Source of the DNA: Candidatus Poribacteria bacterium
Lineage (GTDB): Bacteria; Poribacteria; WGA-4E; UBA9662
Reading direction: 5' to 3'
DNA: 63,264 nt
NCBI GenBank assembly: GCA_036339735.1
Contig: JAYZAL010000053.1
Coordinates: forward strand, 1-63,264
How positions within the stretch are numbered: the stretch's first letter is position 1; each line of letters starts with the position of its first letter. Positions 59,350 through 63,264 of the stretch are shown one piece after another. Made by a program: the position numbers and the translations under genes. The notes beneath the pieces are model-generated. The model saw only the letters and a program-made list of their open reading frames with translations, did not search any database and was not told the DNA's origin.

Positions 59350-59481
59350 GTTTTTACCTATCCTTATACAAAGAACTAGCTTCATTTTAATTCTTTTGTT
59401 TTTTTGGGTCAATCTTTTCTACGGTTTTAAAGAAATAAAATTGCTTTTCTATCACTAGAAGTTAGAAAGGTAGCTTTTTTT

Positions 59482-59510
59482 TTGACAGTCCAAAATGATA
59501 ATGCTATACT
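59482..59510 (+). promoter_or_regulatory. Consensus sigma70 promoter for FNR
   Basis: TTGACA-N17-TATACT with extended TG. Confidence 0.75.
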
Positions 59511-59543
59511 CAGCACTTGTCGAATTTTATCTTGGAGCTACAG

Positions 59544-60554
59544 TTGTCCAATTCCGTTGTTACTAGACCAGAAAATATCTCACTGTTTTCCATTCCAGAG
59601 ACCACAGTCAACCTGTACGGTAAAAAGACCCCTTTTTCGGCAAAAGTTTTGGATAAATACCGGATTTCGGGATCATCTAGTCCTAATTATTGTTGGCACG
59701 TTGTACTTGACATCTCTGGTAGTCAGATGGCACAGAATTATCGATCCGGACAAAGTATCGGAGTAATACCCAGTGGTCGTTTCAACGACGCCAAATTCAA
59801 TCAAGCACACAATCAAGTTCGAAATGGGAAATTGGCTGAGAAGATTCGCTTATATTCGATCGCTTCTTCTTGTTGGGGAGATGATTGGTGCGGTAATACT
59901 GTATCACTCTGTGTAAAGAGGGAGATTGGCGAGGATGCCGATAGTGGACAACTAGTTATGGGTTCGGCGTCGAATTACATTTGCGACGCAGCCATTGGTG
60001 ACGAGATCACTATTACTGGCCCAGTTGGTAAGAGCTTTTTGCTTCCAGACAACCCTTTAAATTATAGTTATGTATTTGCAGCGACTGGTACTGGTATAGC
60101 GCCCTATAGAAGTATGCTAATAGAATTGTTCAATCAGGGTTTTCAAAAGGAGGTCTGGCTGTTCTTCGGTGCCCCTTATTCAACGGATGTGATGTATGAC
60201 GATGAATTCCGATATTTAGCCGATCTTCATCCCAACTTTAATTATGTCACTGCTATTAGCCGAGAACAAAAGAATAAATTAGGTGGACGTATGTACGTCC
60301 AAGACAGGCTAATCGAACATTCTGATCAGCTTTTGCCTTTGCTAAGCCAACAAACAACACTGATGTATCTGTGTGGCCTCAAAGGAATGGAGTTCGGAAT
60401 TTACCCTTGGTTATACCGTATTAATTCTAACCTAGTAAATCTACCGGAAGGAATGTCTGACCAAGACATTCAGAGCCTTCCTGCATCAGCGAAAGAGTGG
60501 GCTCAGGTCGAAAGGGCCAGAGATAAAGATCGTTTGTTCAAAGAGACTTACTAA
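59544..60554 (+). CDS. Ferredoxin-NADP+ reductase, plant/plastidic type (PetH-like)
   Basis: GQSIGVIP, RLYSIASS, SLCVKR, ITGPVGK, ATGTGIAPYR, AISRE, YVQDR, YLCGLKGM, C-terminal ETY. Start probably TTG 59544 (GGAG RBS 6 nt upstream); alternative TTG 59517. Confidence 0.92.
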   Translation: MSNSVVTRPENISLFSIPETTVNLYGKKTPFSAKVLDKYRISGSSSPNYCWHVVLDISGSQMAQNYRSGQSIGVIPSGRFNDAKFNQAHNQVRNGKLAEKIRLYSIASSCWGDDWCGNTVSLCVKREIGEDADSGQLVMGSASNYICDAAIGDEITITGPVGKSFLLPDNPLNYSYVFAATGTGIAPYRSMLIELFNQGFQKEVWLFFGAPYSTDVMYDDEFRYLADLHPNFNYVTAISREQKNKLGGRMYVQDRLIEHSDQLLPLLSQQTTLMYLCGLKGMEFGIYPWLYRINSNLVNLPEGMSDQDIQSLPASAKEWAQVERARDKDRLFKETY

Positions 60555-60583
60555 ACAAATCCCTCTTTTAATTTTCTTCTTCT

Positions 60584-62518
60584 TCACCCTTCGAACCGGA
60601 CTTCAACTTCAGCTAGGCTGTCGGGTGAGCCGACGACTGCCACGTGATCACCTAACTCCAGTCGGGTATAGCCATGAGAATCCAGTCGGTTGCCTTGTCG
60701 ATAAATAGATAATATTAACACATCTGATGGAAAATGGATGTGGCGAATAGCAACTCTGTTTAGATCCGGGTTTTTCACTTCGATCTCCATGAATTCTTCA
60801 GTTGGATCCATGCCTAACAGCAAAGTAGCTGCAAAAGGAAATCTAACGAATTGATCCAGCAAATTCACCATCGCAGTTGAAGGTTCAATAGCCAATGCAC
60901 CAAGCTGATGGAACTCCTCGAAATTAGCCCGATCGTGTAATCTAACAATCACGTTTTCAATACCGAATTTCTCGTAGATTAGCTCACAAAGAACCAAATT
61001 TTCTTCATCTGATAACATCAACAAAATGCTGTCAGCCGCACGTAGATTCAAATCTTGCAGAGCGGATTCTGACATTTCGGGTAGACGTACGATATTAATT
61101 GGTTCGTCTTTCATTTGTTCAATTACCTGTTGATTACGGCCAGCCAGAACAACGTTCCAGTTGTGGCTTTCTAGTTGTTTGGCTAGTGCTACTGATTGGC
61201 TTTCTACACCAAAAATAATCACATCCCTAATACCATCGAAGTCAGGGCTATCAGCTCGAGTGTGGGATTCACCTACGTGGTGGATCACCCATTTTAGTAA
61301 AGGTGGACCTATAAGCTGATTAAGAACTACCACTCCGATCGACAGTGAAGCCAGGTCTGGCCCCCAGGCGTCAAATTCGATTCCTATTTCCTTAGCCAGA
61401 CCAATACTAATTCCTGCTTGTGTAATGAAACCCAGAGTAAGTAAAGAGTTACCAGATGTTCGATCCTGAACTATTATGTCACCTATTAGACAACCAATAA
61501 AGATTGCTACTGTACGAACACAAACTAAGACCAATATGATCTGCCAAGCTTCTAGAACCACGAAAAGCTGTAACTCAAGACCAACCAAGGTGAAAAATAG
61601 TAGGAATATAGTAGGCGACATCCGTTCTATAATATGATGGAATTCGGCGGCTCTTGAAGTGAAGTTAGTCATATAAAAGCCAGCTATTAAACAGATGAGT
61701 AACGGTTCAGAAAATAAACTGATGGGCAACGACAACAAATGAAGATGATGTAATTGTTTAGAAAGCCAGAATACGCCTAAGCCAATTAGGAGAATAAAAG
61801 CCTCTTTTAGCAACTGTGTAGGTAGTAAAAGAATAGTTCGGAGTAGTAAGCCAATCAAAATACCGACTCCAGCATCGAGAATAATCTCGATGGAGACAAA
61901 AGCTAGGAGAAAAACGTTGAAATGTTCTCCTTTAACCAAGACTTCTGCTAGAGAAACTGAGATCGCAAATACTATGATGACAACAGCATCAGTCAAAACT
62001 GTAATTCCTAGTACCTTATGAGTAAATGGACCTTTAGCTCTTAGCTCTTTGATAATTCCTAACGCGGATGAAGGTGAACGAGCAACCATAATGGTTGAGC
62101 CTAGTAATGCGACTGCGAATAATTCACCTTGTGAAAGAGTAGACATAAAAGGTACGTGCTCCTTTATCAAGAAAAAAGCAGCTGAACCAATTCCTAGGAT
62201 CGCTATTGTTTGCCCACCAATTGACGATATGATACTTCTGAAATAGCCACGTACTACCTGTAGTTCTAGTTCAGCACCTGCAGCAAAAGCAATAAAAGCT
62301 AAAGTTGACTTATCTAGAAAACGTAGCTGATTGACACTTTCAGCAGAAATGAAATTGAGGACAAAAGGGCCACTAATGATCCCCATACAGAGAAATCCAC
62401 TGATTAAAGGTAGTTGAATCCGAGAAAATAGTTTACCCATCACTTGTGAAGCTAACACAACAACAAACAGGGCACTGAATATGGGTATTAGTGAATTGAA
62501 AATTGAAAAGCTAAACAT
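60584..62518 (-). CDS. Cation:proton antiporter (CPA2) with TrkA-N and TrkA-C domains
   Basis: About 13 hydrophobic segments (FAAGAEL, SPSSAL...IKELRAKG, FFTLVG, QAGISIGLA); cytoplasmic RCK tail (LNLRAADSI, LILSIYR, LELGDHVAVVG). Confidence 0.9.
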   Translation of the reverse strand: MFSFSIFNSLIPIFSALFVVVLASQVMGKLFSRIQLPLISGFLCMGIISGPFVLNFISAESVNQLRFLDKSTLAFIAFAAGAELELQVVRGYFRSIISSIGGQTIAILGIGSAAFFLIKEHVPFMSTLSQGELFAVALLGSTIMVARSPSSALGIIKELRAKGPFTHKVLGITVLTDAVVIIVFAISVSLAEVLVKGEHFNVFLLAFVSIEIILDAGVGILIGLLLRTILLLPTQLLKEAFILLIGLGVFWLSKQLHHLHLLSLPISLFSEPLLICLIAGFYMTNFTSRAAEFHHIIERMSPTIFLLFFTLVGLELQLFVVLEAWQIILVLVCVRTVAIFIGCLIGDIIVQDRTSGNSLLTLGFITQAGISIGLAKEIGIEFDAWGPDLASLSIGVVVLNQLIGPPLLKWVIHHVGESHTRADSPDFDGIRDVIIFGVESQSVALAKQLESHNWNVVLAGRNQQVIEQMKDEPINIVRLPEMSESALQDLNLRAADSILLMLSDEENLVLCELIYEKFGIENVIVRLHDRANFEEFHQLGALAIEPSTAMVNLLDQFVRFPFAATLLLGMDPTEEFMEIEVKNPDLNRVAIRHIHFPSDVLILSIYRQGNRLDSHGYTRLELGDHVAVVGSPDSLAEVEVRFEG

Positions 62519-62571
62519 AAAATATGAATTAAGGATAAGTAAAGAAAGATAAATTGATAAAAAATTCGCTA

Positions 62572-63264
62572 TTACGAATAGTGAACAATAGTATTCAAAG
62601 GACCGTCTGCCAGATCGCCAGTTTGCTTACCACCCAGAAAGTGTTTGGCATCATTAACACGACTCGGATTGCTCAGTTGATCAACTCTTGTACCATCGGG
62701 ATAATAAGTAACAATCATGGCCGATCGTACTTTATCTGTTTGGTTCGCTGATGCACCATGAATAGTCCAACCATTGTGGATGGTGGCATCACCAGCCTTC
62801 ATTTCTTGATGCCAAATTGGATATTGTTTTTCGTCAATAAATTGCTGAAAAAAGTCCTGAGACTGCTCCGAAATAGCCACTTGCTTGACGAATCCATTTC
62901 TGTGAGAGCCTGTTGCAAAACGAATCGGCCCCATATTCAAAGGAACATCAACCAAAGGCATCCATAACCCAACGGCTTGGTCCGTAGCCAAGGGCCAATA
63001 GTATTGATCTTGGTGCCAAGGAGTTAGAGAACCCTTGGGTTCTTTAAATAGCGCCTGTTCGTGGAAAATGCGAATGCTAAGTGATTTTTTGTCTGGATCA
63101 GAGCTAATCGGCTTGCTAACTAGATCTGAGACAATTTTTCCCAGTCGAGCGGACATAACAAACTGCATCACCTTACTACAATGATAGCGAAGATTTAGAG
63201 TTTGTAAAAAAGGCCGTTCGTCGTTTTTTCCCTGAGGGAAATTTTGCCATGCTATTCTAGAAAT
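62572..63264 (-). CDS. PhyH family dioxygenase, 5'-partial
   Basis: Frame stays open to the window end (ISRIAWQNFPQ...). Motifs ALFKEP, WHQDQYYWP, WMPLVDV, GSH, HNGWTIHGA. Confidence 0.92.
   Translation of the reverse strand: MSRIAWQNFPQGKNDERPFLQTLNLRYHCSKVMQFVMSARLGKIVSDLVSKPISSDPDKKSLSIRIFHEQALFKEPKGSLTPWHQDQYYWPLATDQAVGLWMPLVDVPLNMGPIRFATGSHRNGFVKQVAISEQSQDFFQQFIDEKQYPIWHQEMKAGDATIHNGWTIHGASANQTDKVRSAMIVTYYPDGTRVDQLSNPSRVNDAKHFLGGKQTGDLADGPLNTIVHYS

Overview
This is a bacterial chromosomal window of roughly 40% GC (judged by eye), densely coding, with no rRNA, tRNA, CRISPR array or recognisable transposase/integrase. The gene content suggests Candidatus Poribacteria, though this is an inference. 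The supporting signs are six PhyH-type Fe(II)/2-oxoglutarate dioxygenases, a PhyH-HEAT fusion, a sulfatase, a DUF6785-like membrane protein, and a giant secreted protein ending in an LLANYPNPFNPETW sorting-type domain. Housekeeping genes (recN, guaB, nadC, coaE, pyrD, pyrB, thiE/tenI-like, plant-type FNR) are mixed with catabolic oxidoreductases. The main candidate for an undescribed system is an isolated, tightly coupled three-gene unit at 31060-34838. It encodes a glutaminase-less asparagine-synthetase-like ATP-dependent ligase, a radical SAM enzyme resembling the archaeosine RaSEA/TIGR01210 group, and a flavin-dependent halogenase-like protein. Other highlights are a 4736-aa modular surface protein, a catalytically dead malate-dehydrogenase paralogue, and PyrB fused to a PyrI-type zinc finger. 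Non-coding highlights are a sigma54-like promoter overlapped by a 21-bp palindrome upstream of a metal-binding lipoprotein, and a T-loop-containing structured leader upstream of recN. The first ~7 kb contains apparently foreign pieces, including a GC-rich phosphotransferase and a Bacteroidota-like gene. All assignments come from motif recognition by eye; no searches were run.
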